From Endomicrobiia bacterium (GTDB lineage: Bacteria > Elusimicrobiota > Endomicrobiia > DTEH01): a stretch of DNA of 64,000 nucleotides. The notes under the pieces are model-generated. The model saw only the letters and a list, made by a program, of their open reading frames with translations, was not told the DNA's origin and did no database searches. Shown here piece after piece: positions 20,503 through 30,477 of the stretch (positions are counted from its first letter, which is position 1; each line of letters starts with the position of its first letter). Location of the stretch: contig JBCNUU010000003.1 of assembly GCA_039630545.1 (NCBI GenBank), positions 173,512-237,511 of the forward strand. Reading direction: 5' to 3'. The position numbers and the translations under genes are program-made.

Positions 20503-21674
20503 AACTGAAGTTCAAACATTTGTTATTGTTTACTTTTTGTGGTTTGGTATTGTATATTGGATATCTTTCGCAGAAAAGTGTATTGATAAAAAATTTAGCT
20601 TCGCAAAAAAGGATTAATTTTCTTTTGTTAGGAACAGATTTAGTAGACAACTCCGTGCATGCTGATACTATTATTCTTTTGAGTTATTTGCCATCTGAGA
20701 GAGTGTTAGATATAGTGTCTATTCCTAGAGATATATATATCGATGTAGAAGGTCTACAATATAAAAAACTTACAGAAGTATATGCTTATTTATATTTTAA
20801 TCTTAAAGACAAACATAAAGCTGTAAAAGAATTTATTAATCTTTTAGAACAAAAATTGTTTTCAACCGGAGAAAAAAAGCTTCAAATTTTTTATTTTTTT
20901 ATACTAGACTATAATAATTTCATAAAACTTATTGATACCATAGGAAAAATAAAAATCACAGTAGACAGACCAATGCACTATGATGATCATGCGGGTAATC
21001 TTCATATTCACTTTGAACCCGGTGTCTACTATTTGAATGGGGAAGAAGCTTTAAAATATGTACGTTTTAGGGATACTACTGGTGACATAGGAAGAATTTA
21101 TAGACAGCAGCAGTTTATTAAAAATTTAATAAACAGAATTTTGTCTGTGGATATCTTGTACAAACTACCAAAATTGATATATACGTTTAACAAGAGCATT
21201 TTCACAAATATTAATTTTTTGGAAACACTGAATTTGCTTTTAGAATTTAAAAATTTAAAATTTTCAAACTTAAGATTTTCAATTTTACCTGGAAAACCCA
21301 AGGGAAGATATATTGAGGTTGAAAAAAATACTATTGATGAACTATTAGAACATTTTTTAACTAATAGACAAAGTCTGGAAAATAAAGAAACAAAAAAGAA
21401 AGTTATTGTGAAAATTTATAATGCTTCTTGTAAACCAAAACTTGCAAAACAGGTAGCATTTTTTCTTAGAGAAAAAGGTTATGATGTTTTGGATTGGGCT
21501 AATTGGTATTGTAAATTACCAAAAAGTAAAATAATAGATTATTCTAATGATGTTAAATCTTTAAATCAACTATGTAATCTTTTAAATATTTTTGACATAA
21601 ATAAATCTTATAGTTTAGAAGAGCAGATAGATTTTGCTGTAATTTTAGGTGAGGATTTTGTTTTAACTTATTAA
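20499..21674 (+). CDS. LCP (LytR-CpsA-Psr) family protein with LytR_C domain
   Basis: N-terminal TM, NFLLLGTD, ADTIIL, SIPRD, GEEALKYVRFR, GDIGRIYRQQ, C-terminal V.IYNA...LA and VILGEDF. Confidence 0.9.
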   Translation: MKLKFKHLLLFTFCGLVLYIGYLSQKSVLIKNLASQKRINFLLLGTDLVDNSVHADTIILLSYLPSERVLDIVSIPRDIYIDVEGLQYKKLTEVYAYLYFNLKDKHKAVKEFINLLEQKLFSTGEKKLQIFYFFILDYNNFIKLIDTIGKIKITVDRPMHYDDHAGNLHIHFEPGVYYLNGEEALKYVRFRDTTGDIGRIYRQQQFIKNLINRILSVDILYKLPKLIYTFNKSIFTNINFLETLNLLLEFKNLKFSNLRFSILPGKPKGRYIEVEKNTIDELLEHFLTNRQSLENKETKKKVIVKIYNASCKPKLAKQVAFFLREKGYDVLDWANWYCKLPKSKIIDYSNDVKSLNQLCNLLNIFDINKSYSLEEQIDFAVILGEDFVLTY

Positions 21675-21698
21675 AATAAATAAAAAGGAGCTTTTTTT

Positions 21699-22313
21699 AT
21701 GAAAAAAGATGTTTTGTTAATTGTTGATGTACAAAATGATTTTTGTCCCCAGGGAGCGTTACCGGTTCCTGACGGAGATAGGGTAGTTCCTGTAATAAAT
21801 AAAATTATAAATAAATTTTTCAAAGTAGTTGCTACCCAAGACTGGCATCCAGAAGATCACATCTCTTTTGCCAAAACACACAACAAAAATATAGGAGAGG
21901 TTATAGAAATAAATGGTGTTTCACAAGTCTTATGGCCTGTTCACTGTGTAAGAGGTAGTGTTGGAGCACAACTCCACAAAGATTTAAACGAAAAAGAAAT
22001 AGATTTAATAATAAGAAAAGGAACCAATCCACAGATTGATTCTTATTCTGCTTTTTTAGAAAATGATAAAAAGACAGAAACTGGCCTTCATTGGTGGCTA
22101 AAAGGTTTAGGTATAAAGGAAGTTTATATTTGTGGTTTGGCTTTAGACTATTGTGTTTATTTTTCTGCGTGTGATGCTGTGAATTTTGGTTTTGATACTT
22201 ATGTGATTTTAGATGCAACAAAAGGAGTAGATATTCCCGAAGGAAACCTACAACGAGCATTAAAACATATGGAATCTATTGGAGTAAAAATAATTAACCA
22301 TGAACAGATATGA
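21699..22313 (+). CDS. pncA: Nicotinamidase/pyrazinamidase
   Basis: VDVQNDFCP.GAL, TQDWHP.DH.SF, WPVHCV, DSYSAF, GLALDYCV. Confidence 0.95.
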   Translation: MKKDVLLIVDVQNDFCPQGALPVPDGDRVVPVINKIINKFFKVVATQDWHPEDHISFAKTHNKNIGEVIEINGVSQVLWPVHCVRGSVGAQLHKDLNEKEIDLIIRKGTNPQIDSYSAFLENDKKTETGLHWWLKGLGIKEVYICGLALDYCVYFSACDAVNFGFDTYVILDATKGVDIPEGNLQRALKHMESIGVKIINHEQI

Positions 22314-23730
22314 TTCTTTGTTGCTTACTGATTTGTATGAACTGACAATGGCACAAGGGTATTTTTTTTATAAAAAAAATGAGTATGCAGTGTTTGATTT
22401 GACATTTAGAAAAGCGCCATTTAATAATGGTTTTATAGTTTTTGCTGGACTTGAAACATTGGTGAATATAATTTTAAACTTAAGAGTTGAATATGAAGAT
22501 ATAAAATATTTAGAATCTTCCGGGTTATTCAAAAAAGAATTTTTAGAATATCTCAAAAAATTTAAATTTACAGGAGATATATATTCAGTAGAAGAAGGAG
22601 AAATAGTTTTTCCTAAAGAGCCAGTTTTAAGAATTCATGCTCCTATAATTCAAGCTCAACTTTTAGAAAGTATAGTCTTAAATATAATAAATTTTCAAAC
22701 ACTAATAGCTACAAAAACAGCCAGAATATCAGAAGTTGCAGAAGGAAAAATGATTTTAGAATTTGGCCTTCGGAGGGCTCAAGGTATAGACGGTGCTTTG
22801 TCTGCTACAAGAGCTGCTTATATAGGAGGAGCTTTCGGGACATCTAATGTGCTGGCTGGAAAGATGTATAATATTCCTGTAAGAGGAACAATGGCACATT
22901 CTTGGGTGATGAGTTTTGACAGTGAATATGAAGCTTTTGAAAAATTTACAAAACTTTATCCAGAAAATGCTATTTTGCTTATAGATACCTACAATACCTT
23001 AAAAAGTGGGATAAAGAATGCTGTGAAAATTTTAAAAAAACTAAAAAGAAAAGGGATTAAAAATTTTGGTATAAGACTAGACAGTGGAGATTTAGAGACA
23101 TTGAGTAAAAAAGTAAGATATCTTTTAGATAAAGAAGGTCTTAAAGAGGCAAAAATTGTAGTATCAAATGAACTAGATGAATACATAATCAGTCAACTTT
23201 TAAATAGAAAATCTCCCATAGATATATTTGGAGTTGGTACAAAACTAATCACTGGTCATCCTGATGCATCAGTAAGTGGTGTGTATAAGATAGTTGCTAA
23301 AAGAAAAAATAAAAAATATGTTCCTGTTATAAAATTTTCAGACACTCCAGAGAAGGTTTCTTTGCCTCATGTAAAAAATATAACAAGGTTTTATACACGA
23401 AATGGTTTTTTGTTTGATGTTATTCATTTAGAAAAAGAAAAATTAAAAAAAGATTGTAGGATATATCACCCTGATTTCCACTATCAAATAAAAACATGTA
23501 ATAATTTAGAATGCGAAAAAAAGTTGCTACTTAAAAAAATAATAGATAAAGGAAATTTGATATATCAATTTCCATCTCTTGTTCAGATAAAGGAAAGAAC
23601 TATTAACAATTTAAAAATTTTACCAGCAGAATACAAAAGACTAATAAATCCCCACATATATCCTGTTGGGATAACAGAAAAACTTAAAAATCTAAAAGAA
23701 ATTTTGATAAGAAGAAAAATAGTTAATTAA
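22300..23730 (+). CDS. pncB: Nicotinate phosphoribosyltransferase
   Basis: LLTDLYELTM, EFGLRRAQ, GTMAHSWV, LIDTY, IRLDSGD, FGVGT. Confidence 0.95.
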   Translation: MNRYDSLLLTDLYELTMAQGYFFYKKNEYAVFDLTFRKAPFNNGFIVFAGLETLVNIILNLRVEYEDIKYLESSGLFKKEFLEYLKKFKFTGDIYSVEEGEIVFPKEPVLRIHAPIIQAQLLESIVLNIINFQTLIATKTARISEVAEGKMILEFGLRRAQGIDGALSATRAAYIGGAFGTSNVLAGKMYNIPVRGTMAHSWVMSFDSEYEAFEKFTKLYPENAILLIDTYNTLKSGIKNAVKILKKLKRKGIKNFGIRLDSGDLETLSKKVRYLLDKEGLKEAKIVVSNELDEYIISQLLNRKSPIDIFGVGTKLITGHPDASVSGVYKIVAKRKNKKYVPVIKFSDTPEKVSLPHVKNITRFYTRNGFLFDVIHLEKEKLKKDCRIYHPDFHYQIKTCNNLECEKKLLLKKIIDKGNLIYQFPSLVQIKERTINNLKILPAEYKRLINPHIYPVGITEKLKNLKEILIRRKIVN

Positions 23731-23752
23731 AATAAGGAGTTATTTATTATTT

Positions 23753-24301
23753 ATGAAAAAAATAAATTTATTTTTTATACTTTCTTTTTATTCAGTAATA
23801 TTTTTTGGATGTCAGACATATCAACCTTCTGTGCAAGTTTTGCCGCCTCATATAAAGACCATAGCTGTTCAACCTTTTGAAAATAAAACAAATATATTTG
23901 GTTTAGAAGACACACTTCGACTCGAAGTAAACAACGAATTGCTTAAAGATGGTAGGTTTACTGTTACTAATGATATTAACAACTCAGATGGATATATAGG
24001 AGGAAGTATTTCTTATTACATTTTACAGCCAATTGCATATGGAGAGAATTTTGAAGTTCAACAATATAAATTAAGAGTGATAATGGATTTATACTTTGTA
24101 GATAGAATAAACAATGTAACTCTTTGGGAGGAAAAAAATCTTGAAGAAGTTTTATTTTTTGCAGCGTCAACTCTTCCTGGAGGTCTTACAGAGGAAGAGG
24201 CAAAAAAAACTGTAATTTTGAATTTAGCAAAAAAAATTTATCTTCGCACTGTTGAAGGATTTGGTTCGGTTACAGGAAGGTCATATAAAAAAGTTCCATA
24301 G
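23753..24301 (+). CDS. lptE: LptE-like outer-membrane lipoprotein
   Basis: Lipobox-like IFFGC, LPPHIKTIAV.PFENKT; directly upstream of holA (conserved lptE-holA synteny). Confidence 0.75.
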   Translation: MKKINLFFILSFYSVIFFGCQTYQPSVQVLPPHIKTIAVQPFENKTNIFGLEDTLRLEVNNELLKDGRFTVTNDINNSDGYIGGSISYYILQPIAYGENFEVQQYKLRVIMDLYFVDRINNVTLWEEKNLEEVLFFAASTLPGGLTEEEAKKTVILNLAKKIYLRTVEGFGSVTGRSYKKVP

Positions 24302-24308
24302 ATTTGTT

Positions 24309-25223
24309 ATGAAAAGAAAGTTTTATTATAAAGAATTTGGAGATAAGATACCACAGCTTCTTAAAGAAGCTAATATATTTTTCTTTTATGGTCCTAACAA
24401 CTACAGTATGATAGAAATTTTAGATAAAATTTTTTCTTCCTTTGATACTATTTCAAAGGATATCATTTATAGTTGGGAAACAAACATTGAAGAAGTAGCT
24501 AAAAAACTTACCACTATGGAGTTGTTTAGCAACAATACAGTGGTAGTATTAAGATATTTCGATAGGTCAAACAAAACATTTAGAAAGAATTTGATAGAGT
24601 TTCTTAAAGAATATAAATTTCATAATTACTTATTTATTCTTTATGAGAAAGAACTTTTAGTAAAAGAAAAAGACGAAACAATAGATTTTTTGTTAGAAAG
24701 CTTTATTTTGGTAGAATATCCTCAACTTACAAAAGAAGAAATTATTGAAAATTTTATTCCTGAAAGGGCAAACTTTCCATTATCCGATGAAGCTAAAGAA
24801 GCACTTTTTGAAAATACCGGCAGTGATTTGTGGCTTCTATCGAATGAAATTGAAAAATTATCCTATTTTGTAGGAGGAAAAAAAATTGTATCTAAAGAAG
24901 ATGTTGAAAGATGTTGTAATGAATATGAAATACCTGAAATTAAAGATTTGATTGAAGCTATAATCAGCAATACCGTATCTCAAAAGTTCAACATTTTAAA
25001 TCAATTGATCTCTAATAACTATACTGCTTTAGGAGTTATAAACAGTTTATACAGATATTTTAGAAAAAATTTTTTATTTAAGAAAATATCTTTATTAAAA
25101 GCTTACAAAATATTAAAAGAAATTCAATTTGCTGATTATAAACTTAAAACATCTTCAAATGGGAGATATGCTGTAGAAAGTTGTATATTAAAAATATCTC
25201 AAATATACCACGATTTACTTTAA
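24309..25223 (+). CDS. holA: DNA polymerase III delta subunit (start taken at ATG 24309)
   Basis: FFFYG, LF....VVV, G.DL.LL.NEIEKL..F motifs; convergent with rpsT. Confidence 0.8.
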   Translation: MKRKFYYKEFGDKIPQLLKEANIFFFYGPNNYSMIEILDKIFSSFDTISKDIIYSWETNIEEVAKKLTTMELFSNNTVVVLRYFDRSNKTFRKNLIEFLKEYKFHNYLFILYEKELLVKEKDETIDFLLESFILVEYPQLTKEEIIENFIPERANFPLSDEAKEALFENTGSDLWLLSNEIEKLSYFVGGKKIVSKEDVERCCNEYEIPEIKDLIEAIISNTVSQKFNILNQLISNNYTALGVINSLYRYFRKNFLFKKISLLKAYKILKEIQFADYKLKTSSNGRYAVESCILKISQIYHDLL

Positions 25224-25493
25224 TTCAACAAGTTTTTTTGCTAAGTTGGATTTAAGACGAGCAGCTTTATTTTTATGGATATAGTGTACTTTTGCAGCTT
25301 TATCTACAGCTTTATAAAATTGTTGAAGTAATTTTTTAGCTTCTTCTAATTTTTTTTCAGCAACTGCTTTAAGAAACAATTTTTTTGTTTCTTTGATTCT
25401 ATTTTTTAATATTATGTTTCTTGCTCTTCTTTTTAAAGATTTGCGAAGTTCTTTTAAAGCTGATGTATGACGGCCACCTTTGAGCTTAGCCAT
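25215..25493 (-). CDS. rpsT: 30S ribosomal protein S20
   Basis: SALKELRKSLKRRARN, DKAAK..IHKNKAARLKS; AAGGAG RBS on the minus strand. Confidence 0.95.
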   Translation of the reverse strand: MAKLKGGRHTSALKELRKSLKRRARNIILKNRIKETKKLFLKAVAEKKLEEAKKLLQQFYKAVDKAAKVHYIHKNKAARLKSNLAKKLVELK

Positions 25494-25576
25494 AGGTTTT
25501 CTCCTTATTTAATTTTTTAATTAAAATTAAGAGGATTTTAAATTAATATATTTTACTTTTAAAATCAATAATTTAA

Positions 25577-27133
25577 ATGAAAAAAAATAAGTTAATACTT
25601 AAAAATATGTCCTTTGTATCTGCAGGAATAATGATATCCAGGATACTTGGTTATTTTAGAGATATGTTGGTAGCTAAAATGTTTGGAGCGGGCTTTTATG
25701 GAGATGCTTTTTATGCAGCGTTTAGAATTCCTAACCTATTTAGAAGATTATTTGGTGAAAATTCCTTAAACGCAGCATTTGTCCCTGTACTTAGTGAGTA
25801 TATGCTGAAAGATACAAAGGAAAGAACAGAAGAATTTCTTTCTGTTATTTCTACTGTTATGGTTGGAATTCTTAGTGTATTGACAATTTTGGGTGTTTTA
25901 TTTGCAGTTCCTTTAATTAAACTTATTACCTGGGGTTTTCCAGAAGAAAAAATATTTCTTACTGCTAAACTTTTGCAGATTATGTTTCCGTATATGATCT
26001 TTATATGTCTTGCTGCGTTGGGTTTAAGTATACTTAATTGTCTAAAAATATTTTTTATACCAGCTATTTCATCTTCATCTTTAAGTATAGCAGAGATAAT
26101 TTTTATTCTTTTTGTTGCTGTGTACTTGCCTGAAGAGAAAAGAATTTTTGGTTTAGCTTTAAGTGTATTAGTTGGAGGAATGCTTCAGTTATGTATAAAT
26201 TTTGCATTTGTTTCTAAACACTATAAAATAACCTTGAACTTTAAAAAATTTTTTTATTATCTGACCTTACCAGAAGTTAAAAGAGTTTATTTACTTTTTT
26301 TACCAGTTGTTGTTGGCTTTTCCACAGATCAAATAAACGCGTTGGTTGATACTCTTTGTGCCTCTTTTTTAAAAGAAGGTTCAATTTCTGCACTTTATTA
26401 TTCTAACAGACTTATGCAGCTTCCTTTAGCATTGTTTGCAATTTCTTTAACCACAGTAGTTTTACCTCAAATGTCACAGGAGGTAGCCACTTTGGATTAC
26501 GATGAGCTTAAAGAAACCGTTATACATTCTTTAAGAAACATTCTTTTTTTTATTTTGCCAGCATCTATTGGGCTTGTCATTTTAGGTAAAGATATAATAA
26601 AGACACTTTTTGAATATGGTAAATTTACAAAAACAGCTACTTTAATGACTTATTCTTGTTTAGCATTTTATTCATTAGGGCTTTTGTTTTTTTCTGTGTC
26701 AAAAGTTTTTACAATCGCATTTTATGCACTTAAAAAACCTGATTATCCAGTAAAAGTTTCAATGAAGATGGTAGTGTTAAATGCTATATTAAATGTGATC
26801 CTTATGCAATTTTTAGAAGTTGGTGGATTAGCTTTAGCTACTTCGTTGGCTTCTTTTGTGGCTACAATTTTGTTATATGTTGAACTTAAAAAAATAATTA
26901 ATATAAATTTTTCTTCAATTAAAAGTTTGTTATTTAAAACGTTTCTTGCAAATGCAGTTTTTATTTTATTTCTTTTTATTATTAAAACTATCATACAAAA
27001 TTCATATATAGTTACATTTTTAGGAGTAACCTCAGGAGTTTTTGTTTATTTTATGACTACTAAAATACTTAAAATTGAAGAAACACAAATAATAACTTCA
27101 TTTTTAAGAAAATTTCTACAGATTTATGGATGA
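25577..27133 (+). CDS. murJ: Lipid II flippase MurJ (MviN)
   Basis: SRILGYFRD, DAFYAAFRIPNLFRRLFGE, LYYSNRLMQLP, FEYGKF, GLALATSLA. Confidence 0.95.
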   Translation: MKKNKLILKNMSFVSAGIMISRILGYFRDMLVAKMFGAGFYGDAFYAAFRIPNLFRRLFGENSLNAAFVPVLSEYMLKDTKERTEEFLSVISTVMVGILSVLTILGVLFAVPLIKLITWGFPEEKIFLTAKLLQIMFPYMIFICLAALGLSILNCLKIFFIPAISSSSLSIAEIIFILFVAVYLPEEKRIFGLALSVLVGGMLQLCINFAFVSKHYKITLNFKKFFYYLTLPEVKRVYLLFLPVVVGFSTDQINALVDTLCASFLKEGSISALYYSNRLMQLPLALFAISLTTVVLPQMSQEVATLDYDELKETVIHSLRNILFFILPASIGLVILGKDIIKTLFEYGKFTKTATLMTYSCLAFYSLGLLFFSVSKVFTIAFYALKKPDYPVKVSMKMVVLNAILNVILMQFLEVGGLALATSLASFVATILLYVELKKIININFSSIKSLLFKTFLANAVFILFLFIIKTIIQNSYIVTFLGVTSGVFVYFMTTKILKIEETQIITSFLRKFLQIYG

Positions 27134-28484
27134 AGATTTAAATTCACAAGTAAAAAACATACCCAAAGTACCTGGTGTTTATTTAATGAGAGATTCCTCT
27201 AATAAGATAGTATATATTGGAAAAGCAAGGAATCTTTATTCCAGAATTAAGTCCTATTTTGTAAACAACAAAGATACAAGACTTATAGGAGCAATGTTTT
27301 ATAACATAAAATCTATAGACTACATTGTATGCGGTTCTGAAAAAGAAGCATTAATTTTAGAACAAAAACTTATAAAAAAAATTCAGCCTCAGTACAATGT
27401 AATATGGCGAGATGATAAATCTTATTTGATGATAAGCATAGATACATCTGAACCATTCCCGGGGATAAACTTTATTCGTTATAAGGAATATTTAGACAAT
27501 AAAAAAAAATCAAAAAATATTATTTACTTTGGTCCATATCCTTCAGCAAAACAAATAAAATCGGTTATTAAATTCGTTTTGAAATTTTTTAAAATTCGTA
27601 GATGTAAACATAATTCTAAATTATTTTTAAATCCTCAATTTAAAAATAAATTTAGCAGTTGTGTTTATTATCAAACAAAACAATGTATTGCACCATGTAT
27701 TTTAACCTCACAGCCGGATAGATACAAGGAGATACAAAAAAACTATAAAAATCTTATAAAAAACATAATTTTATTTCTTAAAGGGAAAAATAAAAAACTT
27801 ATTGAACAGCTTAAGTCAAAAATGAAAGAATATTCAGATAAATTAAACTTTGAACAGGCAATACTACTTAGGGATGTAATAAATTATTTATCTAACATAT
27901 TTTCAAAGTGTGTTATAAAACAGGTAGAAGAAAAAGATATATTAGAAGCTACAATAGAAAAAATAGAGATATTAAAAAAATTAAAAGAAAAATTAAAGTT
28001 GAAATCTTTTCCAGCTATAATTGAAGCTATTGATATTTCTACATTTCAAGGAGTTGGTTCCTGTGGTTCAGTGGTCAGGTTTTTGAATGGAGAACCGGAT
28101 AAATCTAGCTACAGGAGATATAAAATTAAAACATTAAAAGAATATGAAATAGATGACTATGCCATGTTAAAAGAAGTAGTAGAAAGAAGGTACAAAAGGC
28201 TATTAAAGGAAAAAAAACAACTTCCAGATTTAGTAATAATAGATGGAGGTAGAGGGCAGCTTAATGTGGCTTATGAAGTTTTAAAGGAATATAAAATTAA
28301 TGAAAAAATAGATTTAATCTCTATAGCTAAAACGGAAGAATTGGTATATAGTTTAAATCTTGATGATCCAGTAAAACTTGGTAGTTCTTTGGAGGATAAC
28401 CTTTTAAGATATATTCGGGATGAGGCGCACAGGTTTGCGATAAAGTATAATAAAATTTTGTTAAGAAAAAAGTTAAATATATAA
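27126..28484 (+). CDS. uvrC: Excinuclease UvrC, compact form lacking the C-terminal HhH pair
   Basis: GIY-YIG (PGVYLM..YIGKA.NL..RI.SYF), Cys cluster, UVR (LNFEQA..LRD), RNase H-like domain (DIS, DDYAM, IIDGGRGQ, RDEAHRFA), then stop. Confidence 0.9.
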   Translation: MDEDLNSQVKNIPKVPGVYLMRDSSNKIVYIGKARNLYSRIKSYFVNNKDTRLIGAMFYNIKSIDYIVCGSEKEALILEQKLIKKIQPQYNVIWRDDKSYLMISIDTSEPFPGINFIRYKEYLDNKKKSKNIIYFGPYPSAKQIKSVIKFVLKFFKIRRCKHNSKLFLNPQFKNKFSSCVYYQTKQCIAPCILTSQPDRYKEIQKNYKNLIKNIILFLKGKNKKLIEQLKSKMKEYSDKLNFEQAILLRDVINYLSNIFSKCVIKQVEEKDILEATIEKIEILKKLKEKLKLKSFPAIIEAIDISTFQGVGSCGSVVRFLNGEPDKSSYRRYKIKTLKEYEIDDYAMLKEVVERRYKRLLKEKKQLPDLVIIDGGRGQLNVAYEVLKEYKINEKIDLISIAKTEELVYSLNLDDPVKLGSSLEDNLLRYIRDEAHRFAIKYNKILLRKKLNI

Positions 28485-28492
28485 CATATTCT

Positions 28493-29185
28493 ATGAAAGG
28501 AGATATAATTTTAAAAAATATATCCAAAGTTTATCACAAAGGAAAAATTAAGATCTTTGCGTTAAAAAATATAAATTTAGAGATAAAAAAAGGAGAATTT
28601 GTTGTAATCATGGGTCCTTCAGGAAGTGGAAAGACAACACTTCTTAATATAATTGGATGTTTAGATATACCCACAGAAGGAGAAGTTATTTTTAACGGGA
28701 AGGTTCTTAAAAGTTTTTCAGAAGATCAGCTTGCAGAGTATAGAAGACAAAATATAGGTTTTATTTTTCAGTCTTTTAATTTAATTCCTGTACTGACAGT
28801 AAAAGAAAATATTGAGTTGCCTCTTATATTGGAGAAAAATTTTTCATCACAGTACAAAGAAGAGCGTATTAAGGAACTTATTGAGAAACTTGGATTAAGT
28901 GGAATGGAGAATAGATTTCCTTCAGAACTTTCTGGAGGACAGGAACAAAGAGTTGCTATAGCAAGGGCTTTAGTTAAAAAACCAATAGTGGTTTTAGCTG
29001 ATGAACCTACAGCAAATTTAGATTCACAGACTGCTTTAGAAGTTATAAAAATAATGAAAGAGATGAATGAAATAGAAAAAACTACTTTTATTTTTTCCAC
29101 CCATGATCCTAAAATAGAAAAATTTGCAAAAAGAATAATAACTTTAAAAGATGGCATGATAGAGTCCGATATAATGGTAAGTTAA
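28493..29185 (+). CDS. LolD/MacB-family ABC transporter ATP-binding protein
   Basis: GPSGSGKT, IGFIFQSFNL, LSGGQEQRVAIARAL, LADEPT. Confidence 0.92.
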   Translation: MKGDIILKNISKVYHKGKIKIFALKNINLEIKKGEFVVIMGPSGSGKTTLLNIIGCLDIPTEGEVIFNGKVLKSFSEDQLAEYRRQNIGFIFQSFNLIPVLTVKENIELPLILEKNFSSQYKEERIKELIEKLGLSGMENRFPSELSGGQEQRVAIARALVKKPIVVLADEPTANLDSQTALEVIKIMKEMNEIEKTTFIFSTHDPKIEKFAKRIITLKDGMIESDIMVS

Positions 29186-29197
29186 AAATCTAAAAAT

Positions 29198-30475
29198 ATG
29201 CTTTTCAAAATATCGCTGAGAAACGTTTTCAGATATAAAAGAAGGACTTTCATTACCATATTATCAATGGCAGTGGGTTTTATGTCTTTTGTGTTTTTTG
29301 ATTCATTATTTTTAGGAATTGATAAAATGCTAGTTGAACAACTAATGAAACTACAAGATAGTTCAATAGTTATATATTCAAAAGAATACGATGAGGATAA
29401 AAAATCATATCCATTAGACAGACCAATAAAAGATATAAATGAGATCTTAAAAATAAGTTCATCAATAAAAAATATTGAAGCACTAACTCCAAGAACTCAG
29501 TTTTTATGTGAAGTTATATATTTAGGGAAATCTAAACATATAATTGCTACTGTTATAGAACCAAAAACAGATGTTCAAGTTTTTGACTTACATAAAAATT
29601 TAAAAGAAGGCAAGTTTTTAGATGATACTTCAGCATTGGAAATTTTAGTAGGCAGTGCTTTAGCTGAGGAGTTAAACATAAAAGTAAAAGATACAATAAC
29701 ACTTTCTGCTTATACTAAATACAAAATGCTAAATGCTTTAGACTTTGTCGTTTGTGGGATTTTAGAGACATCGGTTCCTTTAATAAATGAATCAACAGTT
29801 GTAATAAATTTTAAATCAGCAGAAAAACTTCTTGACTTAGAAGGAGATGTTAATTCAATACACATAAAAGTTCCATGGAATAAAAGAGAAAGTATTTCAG
29901 GTTATTTTAATAAAGTTTCGAAAATAGCCAAGCAGTTTAAAGAAGGTTTGTCAGATGATTATAAAGTTTACACATTTAAAGATTTATACCAGGAATTTAT
30001 GCTGCTTATGAAACAGAAAAGAATTTCTTCTTTTATAATCGTGTTTTTTATTTTACTTATTTCAGCAGTAGGAATTGTTAATACAATGCTTATGGCAGTA
30101 TATGAAAGAGTGAAAGAAATAGGAATAATGATGGCTATGGGTTTTAAGCCAAAACAGGTAAGAAATTTATTTTTACTTGAAGGGTTAATAATTGGACTGT
30201 TTGGTAGTGCGTTAGGAGCATTTTTAGGATTGCTTTCTAATTTATGGCTTATATATAAAGGATGGAATTTAGAGATAATGTATGGAGAAAAAATAACAGG
30301 CCTTAAAGCTTCTCAACTAGGTATGCCTGTGTGGGGTGTAATTTATGGAGAGTGGAATATATATGCGTTTGTATTTTGTTTTTGTTTTTGTATATTAATA
30401 GCAGTTATTTCAGCATATTTTCCGTCAAGGTTTGCTTCTAAGCTTACAGTTACAGATTGTTTAAAATTTATATAA
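29198..30475 (+). CDS. LolC/E-FtsX-like ABC permease
   Basis: RNVFRYKRRT, large periplasmic domain, NTMLMAVYERVKEIG.M.AMG, FLLEG. Confidence 0.88.
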   Translation: MLFKISLRNVFRYKRRTFITILSMAVGFMSFVFFDSLFLGIDKMLVEQLMKLQDSSIVIYSKEYDEDKKSYPLDRPIKDINEILKISSSIKNIEALTPRTQFLCEVIYLGKSKHIIATVIEPKTDVQVFDLHKNLKEGKFLDDTSALEILVGSALAEELNIKVKDTITLSAYTKYKMLNALDFVVCGILETSVPLINESTVVINFKSAEKLLDLEGDVNSIHIKVPWNKRESISGYFNKVSKIAKQFKEGLSDDYKVYTFKDLYQEFMLLMKQKRISSFIIVFFILLISAVGIVNTMLMAVYERVKEIGIMMAMGFKPKQVRNLFLLEGLIIGLFGSALGAFLGLLSNLWLIYKGWNLEIMYGEKITGLKASQLGMPVWGVIYGEWNIYAFVFCFCFCILIAVISAYFPSRFASKLTVTDCLKFI

Positions 30476-30477
30476 AA

